From positions 1,470 to 65,469 of the forward strand of contig CAZKVR010000005.1 in assembly GCA_964556395.1 (NCBI GenBank): a stretch of DNA of 64,000 nucleotides. The letters are read 5' to 3'. Positions 1 to 9,557 of this stretch are shown piece after piece. The stretch comes from an uncultured Methanosarcinales archaeon (GTDB lineage: Archaea; Nanobdellota; Nanobdellia; Woesearchaeales; WJKR01). Positions within the stretch are counted from its first letter, which is position 1; every line of letters starts with the position of its first letter. Below the pieces are notes generated by a model. That model saw only the letters and a list, made by a program, of their open reading frames with translations. It ran no database searches and was not told the origin of the DNA. The position numbers and the translations under genes are program-made.

Positions 1-241
1 ACTCGACGCGTCGTCCCTGGAGCTGCTGCCTCTCGACCATGGAAAGCGAGATGGAAAGGCTCGTTTTAAACCTTTTCCCCTAGGGGTGGCCAGTGGCGGC
101 AAAAGGTTTTTAACCTTCCGTGACATGCCTGGATGGTATGGGACAGGCGGTTTCTCTCACGTCGGACTTGGAGAAGAGTGTCGTCGAGTACAGCCGGATG
201 GCCGGCTGGAGCGGTGTACCTGGCGATACGAGCGGGTGCAG

Positions 242-697
242 CTAGGTTCCTCTTATTTCTTCCATGGTCTTGCCGGTCTTGGCGGACCTGTCTTGTTTGA
301 GGATGTCTTTGTTGCGGTCGGCGTGCTCGTCGTCTTTCTTGATGAGCAGCCAGTTTTTGCCTCTGAAGCGGTGGAGGGCCCAGCGTCCTTTGAGTTTTTC
401 TCCGTGTAGTGTGAAGGTGAGGTGTCCTTCTTCACGGCTGCCTTCGAGGTCGCTGTGCGTGCCTCGGTCCCAGGCCATGACGGTGCCGGCGCCGTACTGC
501 CCTTCGGGGATGGTCCCTTCGTAGTCCTTGTAGTCTAACGGGTGGTCGTCGGTGGGGATGGCGAGTCGTTTCTGGGACGGGTCGAGGGATGGCCCTTTGG
601 GGACGGCCCAGGAGGCGAGCTTCCCGTCGATCTCTAGGCGTAGGTCGTAGTGGGTAGTGCTGGCTTCGTGCTTGTGGGTGACGTAGGCGTTGCCCAT
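242..697 (-). CDS. DNA ligase D-type 3'-phosphoesterase (PE) domain protein
   Basis: 151 aa; HYDLRLE...WAVPKGPS motif block typical of LigD phosphoesterase domain; stand-alone PE domain. Confidence 0.6.
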   Translation of the reverse strand: MGNAYVTHKHEASTTHYDLRLEIDGKLASWAVPKGPSLDPSQKRLAIPTDDHPLDYKDYEGTIPEGQYGAGTVMAWDRGTHSDLEGSREEGHLTFTLHGEKLKGRWALHRFRGKNWLLIKKDDEHADRNKDILKQDRSAKTGKTMEEIRGT

Positions 698-730
698 GCG
701 TCGGGGTAATGAGCGGTGGTATTTAGGGTT

Positions 731-1756
731 TTAGCCTACGAAGAACTGGGCTGCTGCGAAGTAGTATTCGTTCAGGAGACCGGACCAGCTGAGCACGCCT
801 GTCTCGACGAGCGCTCCGACGGCGAAGACTCCTAGTGCTATGATGAAGAGCCAGTAGTTGTAGATGAAGACTTCCTTGTGGCGCTTGTCTGGGAAGACGT
901 GCTTGAGGAGGTAGAGGAATCCGAGGGCGAGGGTGACATTGACTGCGAGCAGCATCCCGCCGTCGAGCACCATGCTGAAGGCCTTGTTGAGGAGCCAGAA
1001 CACCCCTATGGCGACTGCCAGTGCCGCGACGAACTTGCTGAGGTCCTTGGCGTCTGAGATGACGTCGTCGCTGATGAGGGCTCCTGCGATGCCTGCGAGT
1101 ATGTATGCTCCTCCTTCGAGTATGATGTGTGGTAGCGTGATGGCGAGCATGAGCAGTCCTACGAGGAGTGTTGATTCTCCGAGCATGGCGCCGGCGGCTA
1201 CGCTGCGTAGTCCGAAGATGACACCCCATGCGGAGGCGTTCCAGACGATGAAGAAGGTGGCGCCGTTGCCTGAGATGAGTGAGAGCAGGAAGCAGGCGAG
1301 GAGGACCCACCAATTGTTCATGAGGATGCTTATGAACGCGCCGAGGCTGAAGGTCGCGCGGCCGCTGATGGCAGGGTCGAGGAAGACCTGTTCTCGGAAG
1401 AGGGCGTTGACGTCCCATCCGAAGGCCAGGCCGAAGAACGCTAATGCGAAGTATGCTATGAAGACTCCTAGGAACATGCCGCCGTAGGCGTGGACGAGGT
1501 GCTTGTTGTCCTTATAGAGGTGTTTGAGGCTGAACCGCCGTTCGCGTTCCTCCCGTCGCTCTTCACGTTCGAAGAGTTTCCGGAGCGATGGTATGAGGAG
1601 GATGCTGACGAACATGACGCTGGCGAGTCCGGAGTTGGCGCCGAAGAGGAGCCGTGCGGTGACGATGCCGATGACGCTGTAGACGGCTCCGAGGAGGAAT
1701 GCGTAGCCGGTCTTGTTCTCGAGCCAGTTCTCGGGGAAGAGGTGTTCGAGTACCAT
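731..1756 (-). CDS. SpoIIM-like integral membrane protein (DUF95 family)
   Basis: Multi-pass membrane protein in two halves split by a charged EREERREERER linker; likely start MVLEHLFPENW at 1756 (ATG) rather than ORF-track start 1828. Confidence 0.45.
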   Translation of the reverse strand: MVLEHLFPENWLENKTGYAFLLGAVYSVIGIVTARLLFGANSGLASVMFVSILLIPSLRKLFEREERREERERRFSLKHLYKDNKHLVHAYGGMFLGVFIAYFALAFFGLAFGWDVNALFREQVFLDPAISGRATFSLGAFISILMNNWWVLLACFLLSLISGNGATFFIVWNASAWGVIFGLRSVAAGAMLGESTLLVGLLMLAITLPHIILEGGAYILAGIAGALISDDVISDAKDLSKFVAALAVAIGVFWLLNKAFSMVLDGGMLLAVNVTLALGFLYLLKHVFPDKRHKEVFIYNYWLFIIALGVFAVGALVETGVLSWSGLLNEYYFAAAQFFVG

Positions 1757-1774
1757 GGCTTGTTCTCTCGTCCA

Positions 1775-1850
1775 GCCTATTTTTAAATGTTTGTTATCAC
1801 TGTCGGATTGCCTGGAAGCGCCAAACATTTAAAAACAAAGGGTCGTCTCT
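1775..1850. promoter_or_regulatory. divergent promoter region with palindromic TATA-like boxes (TTTTTAAATGTTTG / CAAACATTTAAAAA)
   Basis: Inverted repeat of 12-14 nt flanking ~38 bp between divergent SpoIIM-like gene and aRF1; each TTTAAA box lies ~15-27 nt from its start codon (leaderless). Confidence 0.4.
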
Positions 1851-1858
1851 ACAATGTC

Positions 1859-2989
1859 ATGGCTGAGATGGGCAAGAAGGGGCAGAACGTGCGCATGACC
1901 GCGAAGCAGCGGCATAAGATGAAGCAGTTCTTGAAAGAGCTGGAGCAGCACAAGGGGCGCGGCACCGAGTTGGTGTCGGTCTACATCCCGGCCGGTTATG
2001 AGCTGAACAAGATCACCACGCACATCTCGCAGGAGCAGGGGACGGCGAGCAATATCAAGTCCAAGCAGACCCGTGACAACGTGATCTCGGCGTTGGAGAA
2101 GATGATCCAGCACTTGAAGTTGTTCAAACGGACGCCTCCGAACGGCTTGGCCGCCTTCGCGGGCAACGTGGCTGAGCGGGAGGGGCAGCAGGACTTCCAG
2201 GTGTGGAGCATCGAGCCGCCCGTGCCGTTGAACACCAGGATTTATAGGTGCGACAAGGAGTTCGTGCTGGAACCTCTTCGTGAGATGGTGGAGGACCGGG
2301 AGGTGTACGGCATGGTCGTGATGGACCGCCGTGATGCCACCATCGCGTTGCTGAAGGGCAAGACTATCGTGCCCTTGTCCAAGACCCACTCCGAGGTTGC
2401 GGGGAAGACCCGTGCCGGGGGCCAGTCAGCCCAGCGTTTCGAGCGTCTCCGCGAGGGTGCGACGAAGGACCATTACAAGAAGGTGGCTGATTACATGAAG
2501 GAGCAGTTCCTCTTCATGGAAGGCTTGAAGGGCATCTTGCTCGGCGGTCCTTCTACGACGACGAACGACTTCCTCAACAAGGATTACCTGACGGGTGATG
2601 TGAAGAAGAAGATCATCGCCGTCAAGGACTTGTCGTACACTGACGAGTTCGGATTGCAGGAGTTGTTGGAGAAGTCACGGGACGTGTTGGCGGACGAGGA
2701 GGTGACGCAGGAGAAGGAGCTCATGCAGCGCTTCCTCACAGCCCTGTCTAAGAATCCTGATAACGTCTCGTACGGGCTGGATGCTACGAGGCGGGCGTTG
2801 GAGCTCGGCGCGGTGGACACGTTGCTCTTGTCCGAGGAGTTGGACGAGGCGACCGGTGACGAGCTGGATGCCAAGGCTCAGGAGACAGGGTCGAAGGTGG
2901 AGATCGTCTCGACCGACACGCGCGAGGGCGTACAGTTGCGGGACCTGGGCAAGATAGCGGCTCTCTTGCGGTTCCCGTTGCAGGCGTAG
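1859..2989 (+). CDS. prf1: peptide chain release factor aRF1
   Basis: Strong aRF1/eRF1 similarity (HKGRGTELVSVYIP, NIKS-like SNIKSKQTRDNV, GGQSAQRFERLR GGQ motif); start at ATG 1859 rather than ORF-track 1787. Confidence 0.9.
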   Translation: MAEMGKKGQNVRMTAKQRHKMKQFLKELEQHKGRGTELVSVYIPAGYELNKITTHISQEQGTASNIKSKQTRDNVISALEKMIQHLKLFKRTPPNGLAAFAGNVAEREGQQDFQVWSIEPPVPLNTRIYRCDKEFVLEPLREMVEDREVYGMVVMDRRDATIALLKGKTIVPLSKTHSEVAGKTRAGGQSAQRFERLREGATKDHYKKVADYMKEQFLFMEGLKGILLGGPSTTTNDFLNKDYLTGDVKKKIIAVKDLSYTDEFGLQELLEKSRDVLADEEVTQEKELMQRFLTALSKNPDNVSYGLDATRRALELGAVDTLLLSEELDEATGDELDAKAQETGSKVEIVSTDTREGVQLRDLGKIAALLRFPLQA

Positions 2990-3048
2990 TCCTGAGACAT
3001 AAAGTTTTTTATAGTGGTTGCGACGGGCCTTCTTCTTGGTGGTATCCT

Positions 3049-4353
3049 ATGAAGAGTTATGAGCACATCGGCGTCAAGGTTCCTGAGATTTTGCTTCCGA
3101 ACGACAGGGTTGACATGACGAAGTGGTCTGTCATCGCGTGCGACCAGTACACGAGCAGTCCTGAGTACTGGGAGAAGGTCGCGCGGGTCGTGGGCGACGC
3201 GCCGTCCACGCTCAACCTGGTCTTTCCCGAGGTCTACTTGAAGGAGAAGGATAAGGGTAGGCGTATCGAGGACATCCAGCGGCACATGCGGGAGTACCTC
3301 GATGATGGCTTGCTCGAGCCCCGCGAGGGCGTCATCTACGTCGAGCGCCGCGTCGGGGACAAGGTCCGGCCCGGACTGGTGTTGGCTCTCGACCTGGAGA
3401 AGTACGATTTCAGCGAGGGTTCCAAGAGCCTCATCCGCGCGACCGAGGGCACTATCACGGATCGGTTGCCGCCACGGATTGAGATCCGCAAGGGGGCTCC
3501 TCTCGAGTTGCCGCACATCCTCGTGGCGATCGACGACCGCGAGGGGTGTGTCATCGAGCCGTTGGCCGACGAGAAAGGGTCGTTGGAACAGGCGTACGAT
3601 TTCGACTTGATGCTGGACAGCGGCCACCTCTCCGGCTGGTGGTTGGATGAGGAGCGGACGGAGCGAGTCTTCCGGGCGTTGGAGCGCTTGGCTGATCCGG
3701 AGGCGTTCAAGGGGCGTTACGGCGTGGATTCTGATGACGTGTTGTTGTTCGCGATGGGCGACGGCAACCACTCCTTGGCGACTGCGAAGCGTATCTGGGA
3801 GGAGACGAAGGATGAGAAGGGGGCGGACCACCCGTCCAGGTACGCGTTGGTCGAGGTGGTGAACATCCATTCGGATGCCATCGTGTTCGAGCCCATCCAC
3901 CGGGCGGTCTTCGGCCTGAAGGGTCACGTGGTGGACGCGTTGCGCGAGGAGTTCGGCGGCGGCCTCGACGTGGAGGAGGCTTCCTCGCTGGATGAGATGC
4001 GGAAAAAGGTGGAGGCGTCCGAGGGCCAGACGTGCGGCCTCATCACGCCCGACGGCTACAGGGTGGTGACGTTCACCGAGCCTTCGTCCAGCTTGAGCTA
4101 CGGCACCTTGCAGGGGTTGCTGAACGGGTTGTTGGAGCGCGGCGAGGCTTCCGACGTGGATTACGTCCACGGGACCGGGACTGCTGAGAAGCTCGGCCAG
4201 AAGGAGGGGCATGCGGTGTTCTTCATGAAGCCTATCACGAAGGAGAGCTTCTTCCGCAGCGTCGTGGTTGATGGGGCGTTGCCTCGCAAGACGTTCTCCA
4301 TGGGCGAGGCCGAGGAGAAGCGGTTCTACACCGAGGCCCGTAGGATACAGTAG
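3049..4353 (+). CDS. DUF1015 family protein
   Basis: 434 aa; N-terminal LPNDRVDMTKWSVIACDQYTSSPEYW block characteristic of DUF1015; antisense 536-aa ORF is shadow. Confidence 0.5.
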   Translation: MKSYEHIGVKVPEILLPNDRVDMTKWSVIACDQYTSSPEYWEKVARVVGDAPSTLNLVFPEVYLKEKDKGRRIEDIQRHMREYLDDGLLEPREGVIYVERRVGDKVRPGLVLALDLEKYDFSEGSKSLIRATEGTITDRLPPRIEIRKGAPLELPHILVAIDDREGCVIEPLADEKGSLEQAYDFDLMLDSGHLSGWWLDEERTERVFRALERLADPEAFKGRYGVDSDDVLLFAMGDGNHSLATAKRIWEETKDEKGADHPSRYALVEVVNIHSDAIVFEPIHRAVFGLKGHVVDALREEFGGGLDVEEASSLDEMRKKVEASEGQTCGLITPDGYRVVTFTEPSSSLSYGTLQGLLNGLLERGEASDVDYVHGTGTAEKLGQKEGHAVFFMKPITKESFFRSVVVDGALPRKTFSMGEAEEKRFYTEARRIQ

Positions 4354-4384
4354 GGATAGGTTGAAAAAGGAGTGATGGACACCC

Positions 4385-5065
4385 TTGGTTATGGATCCGG
4401 CTGTCCGTGCGAAGGAGGAGTTGTTCCCGGACAAGGCTGACGGGAGGGCTTTCTCGACGCGGTACTCGGGGCGTTTCTCCCGTTTCAACGCGAACGTGCG
4501 TTATACGCGGAAGGAGATGGTGTTCTCCCTGTCCAGGTCCTTCCTCGAGGTGTCCGAGGAGATCCGGCAGGGTATCATCGAGCACCTGTTGTGCCGGGTG
4601 TACGGCGAGGAGCGGCCGAGCCTGAACCAGGACCTGTACCGGTCGTTCATGAGGCACCTGAACAAGGTGGCGGTGATCGACGAGAAGGACCCTTTCTTGT
4701 TGTCGCGGTTCAAGGTCATCAACGAGGGTTATTTCAACGGGATGATGACCGAGCCCAACCTGAAGTGGGGGCAGGAGTCGTTCCGGAAGCTGGGCCATTA
4801 CGAGTATTCTTCGGACACGATCGTCATCAGCAAGGTTTTTGCGAAGGCTGTGGATGACGAGCGGGTGCGGGGGTTGCTTGATTTTGTGTTGTACCATGAG
4901 ATGCTGCACAAGAAGCACCAGTACGACCACACGAAGAAGCGTGCGCGGCACCACACCAAGGCGTTCCGGGAGGATGAGCGGCGGTGGCACGACCCGGACG
5001 TGGAGCGGAAGCTGGGCTCTTTTCTAGGTAAGAAGAGGCTGCGGAAGGCGTTATGGGACTGGTGA
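4385..5065 (+). CDS. putative zinc-dependent hydrolase (HExxH, YgjP/DUF45- or SprT-like)
   Basis: LYHEMLHKKHQYDH HExxHxxH-type motif near C-terminus; no other recognisable domain. Confidence 0.35.
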   Translation: MVMDPAVRAKEELFPDKADGRAFSTRYSGRFSRFNANVRYTRKEMVFSLSRSFLEVSEEIRQGIIEHLLCRVYGEERPSLNQDLYRSFMRHLNKVAVIDEKDPFLLSRFKVINEGYFNGMMTEPNLKWGQESFRKLGHYEYSSDTIVISKVFAKAVDDERVRGLLDFVLYHEMLHKKHQYDHTKKRARHHTKAFREDERRWHDPDVERKLGSFLGKKRLRKALWDW

Positions 5066-5137
5066 CCAACAACAACATTTATAAACCGCTTCCTGTTCCT
5101 CGGCTTATCCTAAAACTGTTTAGAGGTTGTTTTCAAC

Positions 5138-5542
5138 ATGGCAGACATCAAGCACAAGCCCGCGGGCAGCATGCAGAAGGGCAATTACGTGGTCATCGAC
5201 GGCAATGCGTGCGTCGTCCAGGACGTGAAGATCAGCAGGCCTGGCAAGCACGGTCACGCCAAGGTCAATCTCATGGCCGTCGGCATGATTGACGAGAAGA
5301 AGCGCAACATCATCGTCCCGGGGCATGACAACCTCGAGGTGCCTGTCATTGAGAAGAAGAACGCTCAGGTCCTTTCTGTCACGGATGCCACGTGCAACGT
5401 GATGGATATGGAGACGTACGAGACGTTCGACCTGAAGATCCCGTCAGAGCTCCAGGGCCAGGTGGCTGAGGGGCAGGTCGTGGTGTATTGGGTCATCCTC
5501 GACGACAAGGTGTTGAAGCAGATCAAGAGCGAGGGTGAATGA
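5138..5542 (+). CDS. eif5a: translation initiation factor 5A (aIF-5A)
   Basis: 134 aa; hypusine-loop region SRPGKHGHAKVNL fully conserved. Confidence 0.9.
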   Translation: MADIKHKPAGSMQKGNYVVIDGNACVVQDVKISRPGKHGHAKVNLMAVGMIDEKKRNIIVPGHDNLEVPVIEKKNAQVLSVTDATCNVMDMETYETFDLKIPSELQGQVAEGQVVVYWVILDDKVLKQIKSEGE

Positions 5543-5545
5543 TTC

Positions 5546-5707
5546 ATGGCGAAGTTCCCAGAAGCTGAGGCTCGGTTGTTCAAGGACATGTTCGTGTGCC
5601 GTTCCTGCAAGTCTAAGATTCGTGCGGGCAACCTGCGCGTGCTGGCCGGTAAGGTCAAGTGCAGGAAGTGCGGCGGCAAGGCCTTGAAGCCGGTGCGCAA
5701 GAAATAA
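5546..5707 (+). CDS. rpl40e: 50S ribosomal protein L40e
   Basis: 53 aa not in ORF track; MAKFPEAEARLF...CRSC...CRKCG zinc-ribbon typical of L40e; followed by T-run terminator 5712-5720. Confidence 0.8.
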   Translation: MAKFPEAEARLFKDMFVCRSCKSKIRAGNLRVLAGKVKCRKCGGKALKPVRKK

Positions 5708-6202
5708 GACGATTTTTTTCTTCTTGAATCCTTTCTTTGTTGGATGGCGTGACGTCCGCAGGCCTTTCTTCCTCCAGGGCTCTTTGCGTGACAGGGGAGC
5801 TGCCGCGCGTCCTGGTGCGGAAACGCCCTTTTGTAGAGGTTTGAGGCCTGCGGACGCGTTTACTCACGTCCGCCATTGGCGAGCGGGTGCTCGCCGATGA
5901 CCAGATAGGTAGTGCGCGATGGATATTCTTATTTAAATGTGTATTTTTGTATGGGATAATAGAATATTCTTTATTATCCTGAAAAAGAAAAACGTTGCTA
6001 AAGCGCTTCTCGACGGGAAAAACCCTTCTCAGGAATGATACCGTCCGAAAAATACACAAGTGCCAGAACCAGACAAGATAAAAAAAGAGAAAAACAGGAT
6101 AAAAATAAGATAAAAATAAACTATTTTAAGAAGAAATGGATAAAAAAATAGCGTTTTGATTTTTATAACGCCCTTGAGCGCCTCACCCATAGGGGTGAGA
6201 CC

Positions 6203-7621
6203 ATGAATTCTGTACATACAGAGAGAAAGAAGACGAAAATAGATTGGAGACACTACCAGCGCCTCAGCGCGAGAGCGACCGAGAAGTACATCGAAGACCT
6301 CGTGAAGAACGAGGAAGGGAAGCTGTGGAGCACGTACGCGGCGTCGTACGACAGGCTCATCGCCCACTTTCCCATATACCAGGAATTGCGCGGATTGGTG
6401 CTGGAGAGCATGGACACTATCAACACTGGCCGGGAAGACTCGTTCCTCATCGACATGGGGGCCGGCGCAGGTCACATGCTCGGACCGTTGAGCGCCTACG
6501 GCCACGTGCAGGGAGTGGAGAAGAACCCTGAGATGATAGCGAAGGCAAAGGAGAGGACGAAACGCAACAGCCGCGTCGGGATAATCCAAGGCGACATGCG
6601 GACATACCGGCCGCCGCACATGGCGGACGGCGTGGTGTTCGCGAACAGCCTCTACGTGCTCGACCAGGACGTCGCCGACAGGGTGCTCGAGAATGCCGTG
6701 GACTACCTGCGGCAGGGCGGCGTCATCTCAGTCGCAGGCCCGCGGCCCGGCGTCGACCTGGACGACATCTGGGAGAAGGAGAAGCCGGCGCTCCAGAGGA
6801 AAGGCATCGACCGGCGGTTCCCGAAGGAGTTCGTCGAGTTCGAGATCTGCAACCGCGTCATCGCGCGGATGGGGATGCGGAACAAGATGACAAACGGGGA
6901 GCTGGAGGACAAGCTCAAGCACTACGGGGCAGACATCATCGAGTCCCAAAGGGTCTACCACGGCCACGAGCACTTCGTGGCGGGCCAGAAGCCGGTCCGG
7001 AAGGAGGACTTGCCGGGTCACGAGGCTGTGAAGCGTAACGTCGTGCACGACCTTGACGCAGAGGTCACCGCGCCCGTGGCCAGGGAGGAGTACATCCTGG
7101 ACGTGGCCCGCGCCCCGAAGGATTTTGAGGAGTCGTTCAGCCTCAGGTACAGGAACTTCTGGGAGGACGACATCCTACGGTTCCGGAACCGTGAAGGATT
7201 GCTCATGGACAGGTACGATAAGGACGCGGTGCAGGTCGTCGCCAAGAAGAAGGACGACGGTAAAGTGATAGGCACCGTGAGGCTCCTGCCACGGAAGCCC
7301 GGCGCCGCGCTCAATTTCGGCGACCGGTATGAAGGCGCGATCAAGGAGGACGAGCCGACGGCCGAGACCTCGCGGCTGGCGGTGGATCGGTCGTCCAACG
7401 GCAAGGACATCGGCGCTGACATGCTGCGGTACGCGAACGCCATCGCGCACCGGATGGGCATTCCGACCGTCGTGAGCTTTGGCCGGGCGGACCTTGAAGG
7501 ATACCTGTCGCGATGCGGCTACCGGCGAAGGTCGGGAGAGCAGCGCTTCACCAGAGGGTTGTTCACGACGACCCATGCGGGCGTGGTGTACACGTGCGAC
7601 ACCTCGCGCCATGGGTTATGA
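6203..7621 (+). CDS. fusion protein: class I SAM-dependent methyltransferase (N-term) + GNAT-fold N-acyltransferase/N-acyl amino acid synthase-like domain (C-term)
   Basis: Motif I LIDMGAGAGHM and motif post-I; C-terminal TVRLLP...AETSRLAVDR resembles FeeM/LuxI-like GNAT-fold acyl synthases. Confidence 0.45.
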   Translation: MNSVHTERKKTKIDWRHYQRLSARATEKYIEDLVKNEEGKLWSTYAASYDRLIAHFPIYQELRGLVLESMDTINTGREDSFLIDMGAGAGHMLGPLSAYGHVQGVEKNPEMIAKAKERTKRNSRVGIIQGDMRTYRPPHMADGVVFANSLYVLDQDVADRVLENAVDYLRQGGVISVAGPRPGVDLDDIWEKEKPALQRKGIDRRFPKEFVEFEICNRVIARMGMRNKMTNGELEDKLKHYGADIIESQRVYHGHEHFVAGQKPVRKEDLPGHEAVKRNVVHDLDAEVTAPVAREEYILDVARAPKDFEESFSLRYRNFWEDDILRFRNREGLLMDRYDKDAVQVVAKKKDDGKVIGTVRLLPRKPGAALNFGDRYEGAIKEDEPTAETSRLAVDRSSNGKDIGADMLRYANAIAHRMGIPTVVSFGRADLEGYLSRCGYRRRSGEQRFTRGLFTTTHAGVVYTCDTSRHGL

Positions 7622-8821
7622 GAGGAGGTAGTACTTGCGCCCCATGCGCTGGTCTATGAGCTGCCTGAGGCTGGGCGGCAGTTTTTCTTTTTCTTTCTCG
7701 ACCAGTCCTTTCCCGCCGTCGAGGCGTAGCGTGTAGGTGACGTCCTCACCTTTGATGGCGGACTCGCAGGCGGTGACCGCGACGTCGTATGAGTGGGTGG
7801 CGGCGCCTACGATCATCCCTTCCACGAACCAGTCCCTGAAGCCCGAGGAGGTCCCGACCATGTTGCGGTATTGGACGAGCGGGTAGGAGTGGCCGCATCG
7901 CACCACGATACGCCGAGGCGTGCTCTCCTCCACCTCTATCTTGCCGATGCCGCAGAAGTAGAGTTGGTTGAGCACGGCCTTGAACGACTCGTCGCCTTTG
8001 GCGACGCCGAAGTTGTTGACTTGGAAGAGGACGGCGTGCTTGGCTTGGACATGCGTGAGATAGGAGAGTTCGGGTGTGATGTCGAACCCTTTCGCGCGGA
8101 GGGTGCGGGGGATGATCTCGTACACGTTGAGGGGAAAGAAGTGTGCGAGGATGTTGAACACCGAGAGGTGGCCTTCTTCCAGGCGTATCTGCTTGGTCGC
8201 CACGACTCGTTGGATGAGGGTGTTGGGATACTCGGCCACCGTCGAGGAGTAGAGGTTGTCCCATGTGAGGTCCTCGTCGAGCTCTTCTTGCGAGAAGAAG
8301 CCTTGGTAGGGGTCTTGGGTGACGAGCCTGAACCGGCACCGGTCGCCTTGGTGGACTGCGCATCCGACCTCTTCGAAGTGGCAGTCGGTGCCAGAGAGAA
8401 GTGAGAACGCGCCGGCGTAGAGTCCTGCGAGGAAGTGGTTGACCGGCTCTTGCTGCGTGCCGAAGGATCGTTTCCACTGCTTGGCGAGGGGGCTGTTGTT
8501 GGTGAGGTGGCATGAGGGTGTAGTGAAGCTCATTCTTGTAATGGTGGTCTTGCCGAAGCCGAGGGCTTCGAAGTCCTTGAAGAGGTTCTCCAGGACGCGT
8601 TTGCGGTCGAGCTTGAGCCCGTGCTTAAGCTTGGCTGTGATGCTCTTGCCGAGCGCCTTGCCGATCCTGAAGAGGAGTTCGCGGGATCGTTCTCCGAACT
8701 TCCGGTCGAGGAGGTGTTGGAAGACGACGTAGGCGTAGAGCACGCTGACGAATTTTGGTATGGGCCCAATGACTGAGTGTTGCCGGTTGCCGAAGAACCC
8801 GTTGAAGAATCGCTTCGCCAT
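7616..8821 (-). CDS. V4R (4-vinyl reductase) domain protein, two V4R-like modules
   Basis: HFEEVGCAVHQGDRCRFRL matches V4R ExxCxxxGxxxCxF signature; degenerate second copy TACESAIKGEDVTYTL. Confidence 0.45.
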   Translation of the reverse strand: MAKRFFNGFFGNRQHSVIGPIPKFVSVLYAYVVFQHLLDRKFGERSRELLFRIGKALGKSITAKLKHGLKLDRKRVLENLFKDFEALGFGKTTITRMSFTTPSCHLTNNSPLAKQWKRSFGTQQEPVNHFLAGLYAGAFSLLSGTDCHFEEVGCAVHQGDRCRFRLVTQDPYQGFFSQEELDEDLTWDNLYSSTVAEYPNTLIQRVVATKQIRLEEGHLSVFNILAHFFPLNVYEIIPRTLRAKGFDITPELSYLTHVQAKHAVLFQVNNFGVAKGDESFKAVLNQLYFCGIGKIEVEESTPRRIVVRCGHSYPLVQYRNMVGTSSGFRDWFVEGMIVGAATHSYDVAVTACESAIKGEDVTYTLRLDGGKGLVEKEKEKLPPSLRQLIDQRMGRKYYLLS

Positions 8822-8822
8822 G

Positions 8823-9557
8823 CTAGTCCTCGTAGGAGTGGATGACTATGCCTTCCGGTCCTATCTCGACCGGGTGTATGTCCTCGTCGTTCTTGGTCTC
8901 GCGCATCTTCCTGACCGTCAGGTGGCGCGAGTAGTCGGCGCCCATCGTCTCGTACTTGAGGTGTAGGATGCCGTCGGCGACGTATTCTGAGACGCCGTCG
9001 CTGGAGAGCTTGCCGTCCGTACTCTGCGACACGAGGAGCGTCGTGGTGTCCGGCAACGATCGGAGGTCGTTGATGAACCCGTAGATGAAGCGTTGGATGT
9101 AGAGGTGCGTTATGGATGTCAATGACACTTGGGTTGTGGGGACGTTGATGGCGAGCGCCGAGAGCGAGTCTATGACGAGCCTGCTGACGTTCTCGTTCTT
9201 GGCGTACTTGATGATTTCCTGGGCGGTCTCTTCTGTCAGGTCTTTGACGGGGAAGGAGAGGAGTTTCATGAGGCCTTTCTTCTCCATGGCGTCGATGTCC
9301 CATCCGAAGGCTTTGGCTTGGGACTTGAGGTTGCTGGCGCTCTCCTCGAAGGTGATGTAGAGTCCTTTCTCGCCGTGCTCCTTGGCACCCTTGTAGAGGT
9401 ATTGGAGTGAGAAGATGGTTTTGCCCGTGCCTGGCGTGCCGCTGAGGAGGACGCACTTGCCCGCGGGCAGGCCTCCGCCTACGAGCTTGTCGAAGCCTTC
9501 TATGCCTGTCTTGACGAGCCGCTTCTGCGGTGCGGCCTTGGGTTTCTTCGCAGTCAT
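8823..9557 (-). CDS. KaiC-like/RadA-like RecA-superfamily ATPase
   Basis: GIEGFDKLVGGGLPAGKCVLLSGTPGTGKT Walker A, KaiC/RecA core; true start MTAKKPK (ATG 9557), long ORF-track N-extension rejected. Confidence 0.75.
   Translation of the reverse strand: MTAKKPKAAPQKRLVKTGIEGFDKLVGGGLPAGKCVLLSGTPGTGKTIFSLQYLYKGAKEHGEKGLYITFEESASNLKSQAKAFGWDIDAMEKKGLMKLLSFPVKDLTEETAQEIIKYAKNENVSRLVIDSLSALAINVPTTQVSLTSITHLYIQRFIYGFINDLRSLPDTTTLLVSQSTDGKLSSDGVSEYVADGILHLKYETMGADYSRHLTVRKMRETKNDEDIHPVEIGPEGIVIHSYED

Noticed and set aside
86-524. 107-aa and 86-aa plus-strand ORFs
   Set aside because: Overlap/antisense to LigD-PE gene; no recognisable features
723-1487. 231-aa minus and 184-aa plus ORFs overlapping the SpoIIM-like gene
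   Set aside because: Arg/His-rich or Ser/Ala-rich nonsense composition; the membrane-protein frame is clearly the real one
2878-4488. 536-aa minus-strand ORF
   Set aside because: Fully antisense to the well-supported DUF1015 gene; Arg/Leu/Pro-rich low-complexity translation typical of shadow ORFs in GC-rich DNA
5708-6202. Box C/D sRNA in the long intergenic region
   Set aside because: No canonical RUGAUGA/CUGA box pairs at appropriate spacing; kept only as an unspecified structured-element candidate
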